Translations under genes and position numbers: made by a program
Part shown: piece after piece, positions 19,056 to 28,493 of the stretch
Numbering within the stretch: the first letter of the stretch is position 1
How the letters are laid out: each line of letters starts with the position of its first letter
NCBI GenBank assembly: GCA_049970055.1
Contig: JBMFNR010000002.1
Coordinates: forward strand, 564,406-628,405
Origin: Fervidobacterium sp.
Lineage (GTDB): Bacteria > Thermotogota > Thermotogae > Thermotogales > Fervidobacteriaceae
Length of the DNA stretch: 64,000 nt
Direction of reading: 5' to 3'
Notes under the pieces: generated by a model
The model's input: only the letters and a program-made list of their open reading frames with translations
What the model was told of the DNA's origin: nothing
Databases searched by the model: none

Positions 19056-19817
19056 GTGGTTTTTTTGTACAGAGGCGTATACACAGCTGCAATGGGTATG
19101 TTAGTGGATATCACAAAAATTGATACGGTTTCAAATAATCTTGCCAATGTGGAAACGAATGGTTATAAATTAGATACGCTCGCTTTTAAATCTTATTTGA
19201 CGAAGGAAATTAACCGCATAAAACCAGAACCAGAAAACAGGCGTGTCGAAATCAAGAAAATAGGTAGTCTTGAACAGGCTGTCATTCTAGATGAGGTAAA
19301 GACACTTTACTCCCAAGGTATTTTAGAACAGACGAATGTACCTTCACACCTTGCGATCAGTGGGGAAGGATTTTTTTCTGTTCGAAGAGGCAACGATACT
19401 TTATTCACGAGAAATGGCGAGTTTCTGAGGGACAACACTGGAAAACTCGTGACCACTCAAGGTTATACTCTTGTTGATGAGAACGGCAGAGACATAACAG
19501 TTCCAGAGCAATTTTCTGTGGATGAAAGTGGAAATATATTAGATGCAGGTGGTAACAAAATTGGTAGGATCCCCGTCTTTAATCTCAACGAGCCAAGAAA
19601 GATCGGCGATACACTTTTCACTGGTCAATCCCAAGTCGCACCGCAAGATAGTTTTAGGATTCTCTCAGGTTATGTAGAAAAATCAAATGTAAATGCGGTA
19701 AAAGAAATGGTAAAGATGATAGAAGCCCATAGACACTACGAAGCAACATCTAAAGTAATCGTTGTACATGATGAACTCCTTAACAAAGTCATCAATAACG
19801 TTGGTGCGTTGAAATAA
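19056..19817 (+). CDS. flgF: Flagellar basal-body rod protein FlgF-like
   Basis: SNNLANVETNGYK, GEGFF, TRNG, EKSNVN. Confidence 0.82.
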   Translation: MVFLYRGVYTAAMGMLVDITKIDTVSNNLANVETNGYKLDTLAFKSYLTKEINRIKPEPENRRVEIKKIGSLEQAVILDEVKTLYSQGILEQTNVPSHLAISGEGFFSVRRGNDTLFTRNGEFLRDNTGKLVTTQGYTLVDENGRDITVPEQFSVDESGNILDAGGNKIGRIPVFNLNEPRKIGDTLFTGQSQVAPQDSFRILSGYVEKSNVNAVKEMVKMIEAHRHYEATSKVIVVHDELLNKVINNVGALK

Positions 19818-19844
19818 GTTTAAGAAAGCCAAATTGTTTAGTAG

Positions 19845-19870
19845 GATTGAGATAGGAGATTGAGATAGGA
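19845..19870 (+). repeat. 13-bp tandem repeat in the flgG leader
   Basis: gattgagatagga x2 directly before the RBS. Confidence 0.8.
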
Positions 19871-19879
19871 GGGAGTTAG

Positions 19880-20665
19880 ATGATCAATAGTCTATACACT
19901 GCAGCGACAGGTATGTGGGCTCAACAATTTAAGATGGACACCGTTTCGAACAATATCGCGAATGTCGATACGGCTGGCTATAAGAAGGTTAAGGCGGAAT
20001 TCCAGGATTTGATTTACAGTTATTCGAAGAACGCTGGTGCTGCGACAGCGCAAAATTCTACTACTCCAACAGGTATATACGTAGGACACGGTGTAAAGCT
20101 TTCCGCGACAACGAAGATTTTCACGCAAGGTAACATAGAAAATACAGGTAATGCTCTTGATCTTGCAATTTCTGGTGACGGATTTTTCCAAATTCAGCTC
20201 CAAGATGGAAGAATTGCTTACACACGTGACGGGCAATTCAAAGTTGATAATCAAGGAAGGGTAGTAACGGCGAACGGCTTACTTTTATCACCGGCCATCG
20301 TTGTACCACAGAACGCTGTTTCTTTAACTGTATCACCTGATGGGATTGTGTCTGTTGAACTCGCCGATGGAACTATACAAAACCTCGGTACGATAACGCT
20401 TGTGAGGTTTGTCAATCCAGCGGGTTTGAAATCGATTGGTGATAACCTATACATAGCGACGAACGCAAGTGGAGAACCGATAGAAGGGACCGCTGGTCAA
20501 GATGGTTTTGGAACTATAATGCAAGGCTACGTTGAGAAATCTAACGTGGACGTTGTTAAAGAAATGGTCGACATGATTACAGCCATGAGGGCTTATGAAT
20601 TTAACTCAAGATCGATAATGACCGCCGATCAGATGTTACAAACGGCAAGCAACTTGAGAAGATAG
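19880..20665 (+). CDS. flgG: Flagellar basal-body rod protein FlgG
   Basis: SLYTAATGM, NNIANV, EFQDLIY, GDGFFQ, YTRDG, EKSNVDVVKEMVDMI. Confidence 0.95.
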   Translation: MINSLYTAATGMWAQQFKMDTVSNNIANVDTAGYKKVKAEFQDLIYSYSKNAGAATAQNSTTPTGIYVGHGVKLSATTKIFTQGNIENTGNALDLAISGDGFFQIQLQDGRIAYTRDGQFKVDNQGRVVTANGLLLSPAIVVPQNAVSLTVSPDGIVSVELADGTIQNLGTITLVRFVNPAGLKSIGDNLYIATNASGEPIEGTAGQDGFGTIMQGYVEKSNVDVVKEMVDMITAMRAYEFNSRSIMTADQMLQTASNLRR

Positions 20666-20691
20666 AAGATAATGAAACTTATAAAATAGCG

Positions 20692-20724
20692 TCCCCAGGA
20701 TGGAAACTCCTGGGGATTTATTTA
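20692..20724 (+). terminator. Intrinsic terminator after flgG
   Basis: TCCCCAGGA-N7-TCCTGGGGA followed by TTTATTT. Confidence 0.8.
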
Positions 20725-20788
20725 TACTTGGCATTGTGATATAATTGTTTCGACGCTCAGGATAAAAACGAAATTAGGAGGTGCTACT

Positions 20789-21430
20789 TTGGACGAAAAA
20801 TTTGAAAAAAACACTGAACGCGAAGAACTTATCAAACGTATATTAGAGGAAAAAGGTGCTAGTGCGTTCGATGATATGATAAAATTACTTGACGATGAGG
20901 ATGAAAACGTACGTGAAATAGCGACGGAAGTTCTTTATCGACTTGGCGAAAGTGTTAAGCCAAAAATAGAAGCTTATGTGAAAAAAGAAGTACTTCGCGG
21001 CGAAAAAAACAATATGAAATTGCTGTACTTAATTGATCTACTTGGCGACATGGACGCGAGAAATTTAATAAAAGATATTGTTAAAGCGATGGAACTTTAC
21101 GATTTTGAGGAAGCTCAACTTGTTATATACGAAGCCTTAGCAAAACTCGGTGGTGGTGAACAATTTTATCCGCTCCTAAGATACATGCTTCTTGAAGGTG
21201 ATGAACGATTTATGTTTGGATCACAAGTTGCGATGGTGATGTCGTACTTAGATATACCAGAGATAGTGAGTGACTTAGTGAAGGCAATTGACAGTGGTGA
21301 TTTCAAAGGTGAGGACTTGGAGTTAATCAAGCAGTCATTAACGAATGTCATAAACAAGCATCCTTCGTATAAGGAGATTTTAATTACACTCGTAGGAGAA
21401 GATAACTTTCTCAATTACATTGTTAAATAA
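20789..21430 (+). CDS. HEAT-repeat protein
   Basis: LLDDEDENVREIATEVLYRLG; GGAGG RBS with TTG start; TGATATAAT upstream at 20737. Confidence 0.75.
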   Translation: MDEKFEKNTEREELIKRILEEKGASAFDDMIKLLDDEDENVREIATEVLYRLGESVKPKIEAYVKKEVLRGEKNNMKLLYLIDLLGDMDARNLIKDIVKAMELYDFEEAQLVIYEALAKLGGGEQFYPLLRYMLLEGDERFMFGSQVAMVMSYLDIPEIVSDLVKAIDSGDFKGEDLELIKQSLTNVINKHPSYKEILITLVGEDNFLNYIVK

Positions 21431-21439
21431 TTTTATTAG

Positions 21440-22066
21440 ATGGGAGGAGTGGTTTTCTTGCTGTGGCTTGCGGCCGTTGTGGGGTATTTTATTGGTGCTA
21501 TTCCTTTCAGCTACGTTATACCAAAATTGCGTGGCGTAGACATAACAAAGGTTGGAAGCGGAAACGTTGGAGGAACTAACGTTTTGAGAAACCTTGGAAC
21601 ACTTTACGGAGCGCTTGCAATGTTTTTGGATATAATTAAGGCAGTTATCGCTGTTTTACTTTTCAAAAAATTTGGCGAAAGTGTAATGGTTATGGCCGGC
21701 GCTATGTCTGTGGTTGGTCACTGTTATTCTCCTTTCGTTAAATTTAAGGGAGGTAAGGGTGTTGCTACTACGCTTGGGACGTTTTTTGCCATATTTCCGC
21801 AAGCTGGTATGTTTTCACTTGGTGTTTGGATAGCTATAGTAGCGATAACACAATACGTTTCACTTGCTTCGATTGTCGGGCTCATTTCTGGTAGTATATT
21901 TGCTTTGATTTTTAGCAAAGAGTACTGGGTTGTTTTCTTGGCCCTCGCACTTTTTTCCGTTTTTCGTCATAAAGAAAATATAAAAAGGTTGCTGGAAAAA
22001 AACGAGAGGAAAACCAATGTGGTAGATTATTTTCTTGGTTGGATGGACAAAAGAAAAATCCAGTGA
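21440..22066 (+). CDS. plsY: Glycerol-3-phosphate acyltransferase PlsY
   Basis: GSGNVGGTN, GHCYSPF..FKGGKGVAT, RHKENIKRL; start may be slightly downstream. Confidence 0.96.
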   Translation: MGGVVFLLWLAAVVGYFIGAIPFSYVIPKLRGVDITKVGSGNVGGTNVLRNLGTLYGALAMFLDIIKAVIAVLLFKKFGESVMVMAGAMSVVGHCYSPFVKFKGGKGVATTLGTFFAIFPQAGMFSLGVWIAIVAITQYVSLASIVGLISGSIFALIFSKEYWVVFLALALFSVFRHKENIKRLLEKNERKTNVVDYFLGWMDKRKIQ

Positions 22067-22089
22067 AAAAGGTTGTGAAGAGGGATTCT

Positions 22090-23622
22090 ATGAAGTTGAC
22101 TTATGCATTTAAAATCTGTATTTTAATGTTGGTTATTCTTAGTTCATCAATATTTGCAGTTATTGATGAAGAGAGTGCACGTAATTATTTTTCTCAATCT
22201 TTGATACAGATGTATATGGGGAAATATGACAAAGCTTACGAATTTTCGAAAAAAGCTCTGTCGGGTAGGGTCTATGTAAATGAACTGCAGTATTTCTGGT
22301 TTTTAAGAGGAAAGTTGGCTATTGCTAACGGATTCATTGATAAAGCCATCGAAGAGTTTGGAACATTTACTCAGCTTGTAAAAAGCGACGATATAGATAA
22401 CATAATTGCCAAAGTTAACTATTTTCGCGCTTTAAATTTGCTTCCTTCGAAGATTTTTGAACTTAAATACATAGAGAGCACAGTTGGGATAATAAATGGT
22501 ATTGAATATTTTCAAAACCCCGTAAGCGTAGCTATCTACGGTGATTCGTATTGTGTACTTGATAGCAAGAATAAAAGAGTTATCTTTTTCAAGAAAAATC
22601 GAATGACTAAGATAAAAAAAGTGTCAAATGAGTTGAAGCAAATAATTTTTGACAGAGATGGTAATCTTTACCTTGTTGGTCAGAATGCCATATTTAATGA
22701 TTCGGAAGTTGAATTATTAAAAGGACTTCACACACCCATAGTTGCAGGTTTCGATAGGGACAATAACATGTACATAGTAGATTTTGATAAAGTCGTCGTA
22801 TTTAACACATATTCAGGAAACATATCTAATCGTAACCTTTCACAAAAAACTCTCGCAATTGACGCAGAGTTAACTGTTGATAGATTGTATATACTTGATG
22901 GTTTAAGGCAAGAAATCAATGTGTACGATTTAAGAAGTTTCTCAAAGATACAATCCATAAAACTGTCTGAAAAAGTTTGGAATTTTGAGGTAACACCTTA
23001 CGGCGATATTATTTACTTAGCCAAGGATGGTGTTATCGCGGGTAAACAAAAATTTGACTTGAAAGATGTTGATCTTATAGAATACAGTTATCCAACTTTA
23101 TTTGCGATTAAGTGGAAAAATCGTCAGATTGATCAATACATTTTAAAAGATGATAAGCCAATTTTTGTAAATATTGAAAAGATGGAATTCGATGACAACT
23201 ACATATATGCTTACGTAAGTGTTGAGGATCTTTTTGGCGACGAACTTCATTACATAGGACATTCATTAAGTGTTTTTGAACACGATGTTTATGTACCATC
23301 GGAAGTTTACAGCTCTGTAGAGCAATTGAGATTCTTATCTTTAAAGCAATGCAAAGGCGAGCTTACTATGTACCGGTTGCAAGGTTTAAAGATATTAGGT
23401 AATTGCCAAGTGCTCAGTAAATTTACTGGCGCACCATCCGATGAAAGCATAGTGAAAAAAAGAAGAAAATTAATATGGGTTGCGAAGTGGAACTACCTAA
23501 GACCTGTACCACCAGGGATAATAAAGGTTAGTGCACGTGTGTCATTTAAAAACAATACTTATTTCGACGCAGCTTTTTACACACAGATGCTTATAAAATC
23601 GCAAGAATTGAGAAAGCACTAA
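22090..23622 (+). CDS. Exported TPR + NHL-like beta-propeller protein
   Basis: Signal peptide; TPR-like N-terminus; NPVSVA..YCVLDSKNKRV, FDRDGNLY, DRDNNMYIVD repeats. Confidence 0.65.
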   Translation: MKLTYAFKICILMLVILSSSIFAVIDEESARNYFSQSLIQMYMGKYDKAYEFSKKALSGRVYVNELQYFWFLRGKLAIANGFIDKAIEEFGTFTQLVKSDDIDNIIAKVNYFRALNLLPSKIFELKYIESTVGIINGIEYFQNPVSVAIYGDSYCVLDSKNKRVIFFKKNRMTKIKKVSNELKQIIFDRDGNLYLVGQNAIFNDSEVELLKGLHTPIVAGFDRDNNMYIVDFDKVVVFNTYSGNISNRNLSQKTLAIDAELTVDRLYILDGLRQEINVYDLRSFSKIQSIKLSEKVWNFEVTPYGDIIYLAKDGVIAGKQKFDLKDVDLIEYSYPTLFAIKWKNRQIDQYILKDDKPIFVNIEKMEFDDNYIYAYVSVEDLFGDELHYIGHSLSVFEHDVYVPSEVYSSVEQLRFLSLKQCKGELTMYRLQGLKILGNCQVLSKFTGAPSDESIVKKRRKLIWVAKWNYLRPVPPGIIKVSARVSFKNNTYFDAAFYTQMLIKSQELRKH

Positions 23623-23644
23623 TCCAAATACGGGGAAGTGCCTT

Positions 23645-24091
23645 ATGAAGAATTCCGAAATTTTAGAAAAGATAGAGAAAGCGGTTGAATTTGCAAAAGA
23701 AGGTAAGATAAAAAATGCGATGGAAATTTACGAAAGTCTTCTGGAATATGAAATTCCAGAAGTATATAATAACATTGGGAACCTGTACAGACGGGAAGGC
23801 TTTTTAGGTAAAGCCATAGAAATGTACAAAAAAGCTATACAAATAGATCAAAACTTTCCACTCGCATATTTCAACCTTGGCTGCGCACTTATGGAGCTGG
23901 AGAGATATAACGAAGCGCGGATGTTTTTGGAAAAGGCGGAAAAGCTTGGGATAAAGGGTTTTGAGATAGACGTTCAACTGGCACTTTCTTACCTTGCAAT
24001 TGGAGAATTGGCGAAAGCAAAAGAGAGATTAAAAAATGAAGACGTACGGCGCGAAGTTTCCAAGTACGTCGAAGGAGGACTTAATTTATGA
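23645..24091 (+). CDS. Tetratricopeptide repeat protein
   Basis: VYNNIGNLY..AIEMYKKAI..AYFNLG. Confidence 0.88.
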   Translation: MKNSEILEKIEKAVEFAKEGKIKNAMEIYESLLEYEIPEVYNNIGNLYRREGFLGKAIEMYKKAIQIDQNFPLAYFNLGCALMELERYNEARMFLEKAEKLGIKGFEIDVQLALSYLAIGELAKAKERLKNEDVRREVSKYVEGGLNL

Positions 24092-24720
24092 TAAACATCA
24101 GCAAATTGGATTTAAACTACGTTTTGGAGATTACGAAATATTTGACTAACAATTGGTACGTAGTGCTTCCTCTCGCTGTATTTTTCTACTTTCTTTCAGA
24201 TTTAGTTGAAGCTATGACTGTATTCGGTATAGGAGCGTTACTCAGCGCTGGGTATATTTATCCGTGGATGTCAAATGTACTTAAAAGTTTTTACCCTGAT
24301 ATCTACACTTTTCTGCAAAACCGTGAAATTTTATTTTTGATTGTTTTTACTGTTTTTTTTGGGGTGATATTCTACGGATTGTACAAGCTAACTATATTTC
24401 TTGGAAGCATGGTGCTATCTTTTGTAGGTATTCTTTTCCTCTTCAATACATTTTTTGGACCACATGTTGAATGGTACATACCAGTTACCGCTGGGTTGGT
24501 AGGTGGAATCATTGCAGGTTCGTATGCTTTGAGGAATAGCTGGAAGTTCGTTGGTTTTATAGCGGCGAGTCTTTCTTCTTTTGTAATTTCAACTGTTGGA
24601 TTTGCTTTGTTCAAAGAATATCTTTTCAATTTTTCCGAATTTGTCTACTTATGGCTTGTTTTTGTATTTACGTTGATTTTACTTTTTGTAAGAGTAAAAT
24701 ACGCTTGGAGGAAAGAATGA
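24088..24720 (+). CDS. Hypothetical polytopic membrane protein
   Basis: ~7 hydrophobic segments; ATGA overlap with the upstream gene. Confidence 0.75.
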   Translation: MINISKLDLNYVLEITKYLTNNWYVVLPLAVFFYFLSDLVEAMTVFGIGALLSAGYIYPWMSNVLKSFYPDIYTFLQNREILFLIVFTVFFGVIFYGLYKLTIFLGSMVLSFVGILFLFNTFFGPHVEWYIPVTAGLVGGIIAGSYALRNSWKFVGFIAASLSSFVISTVGFALFKEYLFNFSEFVYLWLVFVFTLILLFVRVKYAWRKE

Positions 24721-24723
24721 AGT

Positions 24724-25476
24724 ATGAAGAAGATATGGAATTTTCTAAGAACGATCTGGTTTTTAGTTGGTGCTTTTCTTTACATTTTTATGTATGGTTT
24801 AATAGTTCTAATAATAGGAGCAATTCTGGGAAAGGAAAAAGGGAGAAAGTTTGTTCTAAGACAAATTGAAATTTTTGGACGCCTCGCATTCAAATTGCTT
24901 GGTGTGAAGGTTTACGTATGTGGTGTGAAACCGAACGTAGATAAAAATTACATAGTTGTTTGTAACCATCAAAGTATACTCGATATCCCACTTGTCATAG
25001 GTTACATTGGTCCTACTCCTTTCATAGCGAAAAAGGAGCTTGGAAAGCTCCCAATGATAAATGTATTTCTAAGGTATCTCGGCAGTGAATTGATCGATAG
25101 AGGAAATATCAGACAGACAGCTTTGACAATAAAAGAGGTTATGAGAAAATTAAGTGAAGGGTATCATTTTGTGATATTCCCTGAGGGGACAAGATCAGTT
25201 GACGGGGAAGTTCATGAGTTTAAGCCAAGAAGTTTAGAAATAGCATTGAAATCAAAAGTACCTATACTGCCGGTGTCTATATGGGGTAATCACCTTGTTA
25301 TTCCAAAACACAAATTAACTGTCCAAGGAAGCAAGACAGGAATTTTTATAAATGAACTTGTCTTCCCAGAGAATTTTTCATCGGAAGAAGAACTGAGAAA
25401 ACACGTTGAGGATGTTATTAAATCTGGTGTTGAAAGGTTGAAAGAGGTGATAAATCATGAAAAAGGCAATTGTTAA
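24724..25476 (+). CDS. plsC: 1-acyl-sn-glycerol-3-phosphate acyltransferase
   Basis: NHQSILD, FIAKKEL, IFPEGTRS. Confidence 0.94.
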   Translation: MKKIWNFLRTIWFLVGAFLYIFMYGLIVLIIGAILGKEKGRKFVLRQIEIFGRLAFKLLGVKVYVCGVKPNVDKNYIVVCNHQSILDIPLVIGYIGPTPFIAKKELGKLPMINVFLRYLGSELIDRGNIRQTALTIKEVMRKLSEGYHFVIFPEGTRSVDGEVHEFKPRSLEIALKSKVPILPVSIWGNHLVIPKHKLTVQGSKTGIFINELVFPENFSSEEELRKHVEDVIKSGVERLKEVINHEKGNC

Positions 25477-25993
25477 GGCTCTTGTTCTTGATAAAGTTTC
25501 AAACACACCCGTTGTTTTATTGGGTATAGAAAACACTAAAAAGGTACTGCCCATCTGGATTGGAGCATGTGAAGCGAGCGTCATGGCAATCGCGATAGAA
25601 AAAGTACCATTTGACAGACCTCTAACTCATGATTTGATAATAAATATTGTGAATGATGTAAGCCTGAAAATTGAACGTTTTGTAATACACTCGATCAAAG
25701 ACAACATATTTTATGCGAAGATAATCCTCAAGGACTTGACATTGTCAGAGCAAGAAATTTCAGATGGTGTTAATCCATACATAGAAATAGACGCAAGGCC
25801 TTCCGATTGTATAATATTATCTTTAAAAACTGGTGCACCACTTTACGTTACAAACGATATAATAGCAACGGAAGCGATTGATATAGAAAATTTGGATCAA
25901 ACAGATGAGGAGTTCAAAAAGTTTGTTGAGAATATGGATATTAACGAATTTAGAAAATTACTTGATGATGATTACCAATCTACAGGTGAATAA
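25457..25993 (+). CDS. Bifunctional nuclease family (DUF151) protein
   Basis: LPIWIG..EA, RPLTHDL, FYA, DARPSD. Confidence 0.92.
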   Translation: MKKAIVKALVLDKVSNTPVVLLGIENTKKVLPIWIGACEASVMAIAIEKVPFDRPLTHDLIINIVNDVSLKIERFVIHSIKDNIFYAKIILKDLTLSEQEISDGVNPYIEIDARPSDCIILSLKTGAPLYVTNDIIATEAIDIENLDQTDEEFKKFVENMDINEFRKLLDDDYQSTGE

Positions 25994-26007
25994 TATAGGG
26001 GGGCAAT

Positions 26008-28446
26008 ATGCCAAAGATAGGAGACTTTTTAAAAGGTCTTTCCGATAAATTTCTAAAAAAACGGCAAAAACCTTCGGAAAGTGAAACCCAGGAAGATGTG
26101 AACCAAACCAAAGAGGAAAAGTTCAACTTGGGTAAGCTTTTTTTATCAATCGCTAGATTACCAAAATTTCTTTGGGCACGTAAAATTTTACTAATTATTG
26201 TTCTTTCAAGTATAATCTTACTTTCCATAGGAATCTCAATAGGAAAAAAAGCTGCAAGAAAGGAAACGACAATTTCCGAGGGAACGCAAACGGTTGAAAA
26301 TCTCCTTATATCCATCCCGTTTGGAGCATTCCCTTACGAGAAATCTTTCAAAGTCTGGATTCCACCGCAAGGAAACTTACGAGCTATTTTAAACACAGGA
26401 AATTTTGTGAGTCCAATTTTTGAACTAGTTCCAAGTGATGGAAGATACGATATGGCTATGCTTCCTATCACTGTTAGATATTATCTACCATCTTCACTTC
26501 TTGGAAGTAACGATTCAAATTCACTTTCCTTTGCCGCAATAAGCAGCGATGGAAAAGCTTATAACATTATTCCAGGCAGTTTCATTGGCAAAGATTCACG
26601 AGGCTATTACGTAGAAGCTGACTTTTTTGTTGTCCCGAGATGGATAGGAGTTGTTTCGATACCAGGACGAAAACTCGATACAGGTATCATGGAACTCTAT
26701 AAGACAATTTCTGCAAAACCCACTTTGTTAATTGTTCCCGGGAGTGATCCAGGATTCTCAGGTTATTACCAATCTACAAAAGTTTCTAACGTGTCTTTAT
26801 GGCAAAGTGTCTTCAGTGATAGATCTATTATGATATACAAATATCCTGTTAACGAGACAAGGTCCTATAACTACACAGCTTTATTAGAGGTGTTTAAAAA
26901 TTCAAACCCCATTCCTAGTTCTATTGTTTTCGAAGCAGAGAGACTAGCAGACCAATTGAAAAAATATCAAGATTTGCAATTTGATATCCTTGCACACGAA
27001 ATTGGCGGATTGGTTGTCTACTACTGCTTGGCAAAACATCCGGAAATTAAAAATGTCAGAAAGGTAGCTTATGTTTCAACACCATTCTATGGTTCAAATG
27101 TTCTGGATCCACGACTTGCATCTTCGATATATTTATCGAAGCCATCCGCAGCAGGAATACTTTATAATCTTCCTGAATCAGTAGTTTCTACTTTGCAAGG
27201 ATATTTGAAATCTTACATTGAGGCGGTTAATGTGTACTATTCGGATATTATACCAAACTCAGAATTTTTAAAATTGCTTCGTTATTTACCGTATAGAACC
27301 GATGTACAGGCAATTGCATATATGGGGAATACACCGCCGATGTCGATAGATGTCACTTCAAGTCTTCTTGAAAGGCTATTTCCTGAGCTTGTTATAAACC
27401 TTGGAGATGGTGTCGTTTCAAAAAATTCCGCGAGATTACCTTACATGACTTTGAAAATTTTCAACGGGAGCTGGAATAATTTTTATATGAGTGATGAGTT
27501 TACCCAAGAAATTAAAAATTACTTTGACTACCAGTTGCCACAGATACCATCATACAAAGATGATACTTTCTCAGAACGTGTGACAAGTGAAAAAGAAAAG
27601 TTTTTTGAAAGATTCTTATCAAGTGAAACAGCACAGCAATTCCAGGTAGATGAATGGAAGATAGGTGATAACCCGTATATCAAATTTATTCAAACGCTTC
27701 CTTTCCAAGGGAATCAAATAGCCATTTACGGTGGTGTCATCTACACAGCTGATGAAAAAGGTTTGTATGTTTCTGGTACAAGAGTTTGGGAAGAGAGTAT
27801 CATGAATTTAAAAGAGACAATCGATGGTATTAGTTACGAAACGCAGGATAAAGTTTATTACAGAAAACTCGCTGACGTAGTCAGTTATAATTCATCTTCT
27901 GCCGATGATTCGTTGGCAACTCGTAGTTTTGCTATATTTGCGAAACCGAGGCCGAATGAGAAAGTTGATTTTGTTGATGAAACAGGTAATGTTATTGTAA
28001 CTTTGAGGGGGATCTACGGAAAGGTTATATACGATGGGGACGAAATTATTCTGATGACAAATAGGGAGATTTACAGGTACTATTACGGAATAAAATACAC
28101 GGCTCCTTTAGGACTTTACAAAAGCTACGACATGACATACGCTATAGTCGTAGATGATTATGTTATCGCGACAACAAGGGCCTACGGTTTACTTGTATTT
28201 AATAGAGCAGGAAATTATGCTTATACAGGTGAAGGTTGGGTCGGTAATCTGGGACTATACAAATCTGGAAATTATATTGTTGCAATTGGTGATAGCTTTA
28301 TAACGTTAATCGATTTTGAGAACAAAAAATTAGAGAGAATTGTCGAAAATATTCCAGGTATAGTTTACGATGCAACTATATGGGAAAATAAACTGTATGT
28401 AATGACGAGCGATGGTGTATTAATATATCAAATTCAAAAAAGATAA
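26008..28446 (+). CDS. Membrane-anchored alpha/beta-hydrolase-like protein with C-terminal beta-propeller, probably catalytically inactive
   Basis: Single TM near aa 59-79; LLIVPG, DILAHEIGGL, STPFYGS, GDGVVSKNSA lipase-like motifs. Confidence 0.65.
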   Translation: MPKIGDFLKGLSDKFLKKRQKPSESETQEDVNQTKEEKFNLGKLFLSIARLPKFLWARKILLIIVLSSIILLSIGISIGKKAARKETTISEGTQTVENLLISIPFGAFPYEKSFKVWIPPQGNLRAILNTGNFVSPIFELVPSDGRYDMAMLPITVRYYLPSSLLGSNDSNSLSFAAISSDGKAYNIIPGSFIGKDSRGYYVEADFFVVPRWIGVVSIPGRKLDTGIMELYKTISAKPTLLIVPGSDPGFSGYYQSTKVSNVSLWQSVFSDRSIMIYKYPVNETRSYNYTALLEVFKNSNPIPSSIVFEAERLADQLKKYQDLQFDILAHEIGGLVVYYCLAKHPEIKNVRKVAYVSTPFYGSNVLDPRLASSIYLSKPSAAGILYNLPESVVSTLQGYLKSYIEAVNVYYSDIIPNSEFLKLLRYLPYRTDVQAIAYMGNTPPMSIDVTSSLLERLFPELVINLGDGVVSKNSARLPYMTLKIFNGSWNNFYMSDEFTQEIKNYFDYQLPQIPSYKDDTFSERVTSEKEKFFERFLSSETAQQFQVDEWKIGDNPYIKFIQTLPFQGNQIAIYGGVIYTADEKGLYVSGTRVWEESIMNLKETIDGISYETQDKVYYRKLADVVSYNSSSADDSLATRSFAIFAKPRPNEKVDFVDETGNVIVTLRGIYGKVIYDGDEIILMTNREIYRYYYGIKYTAPLGLYKSYDMTYAIVVDDYVIATTRAYGLLVFNRAGNYAYTGEGWVGNLGLYKSGNYIVAIGDSFITLIDFENKKLERIVENIPGIVYDATIWENKLYVMTSDGVLIYQIQKR

Positions 28447-28493
28447 TACAAAAGAAATATAGCATAAAGAAATCAAAAGAAGGAGGTATTACA

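Noticed and set aside
25457..25993. DUF151 nuclease beside TPR genes as a defence system
   Set aside because: Widespread housekeeping-type family embedded in a lipid-synthesis operon, with no defence-island context
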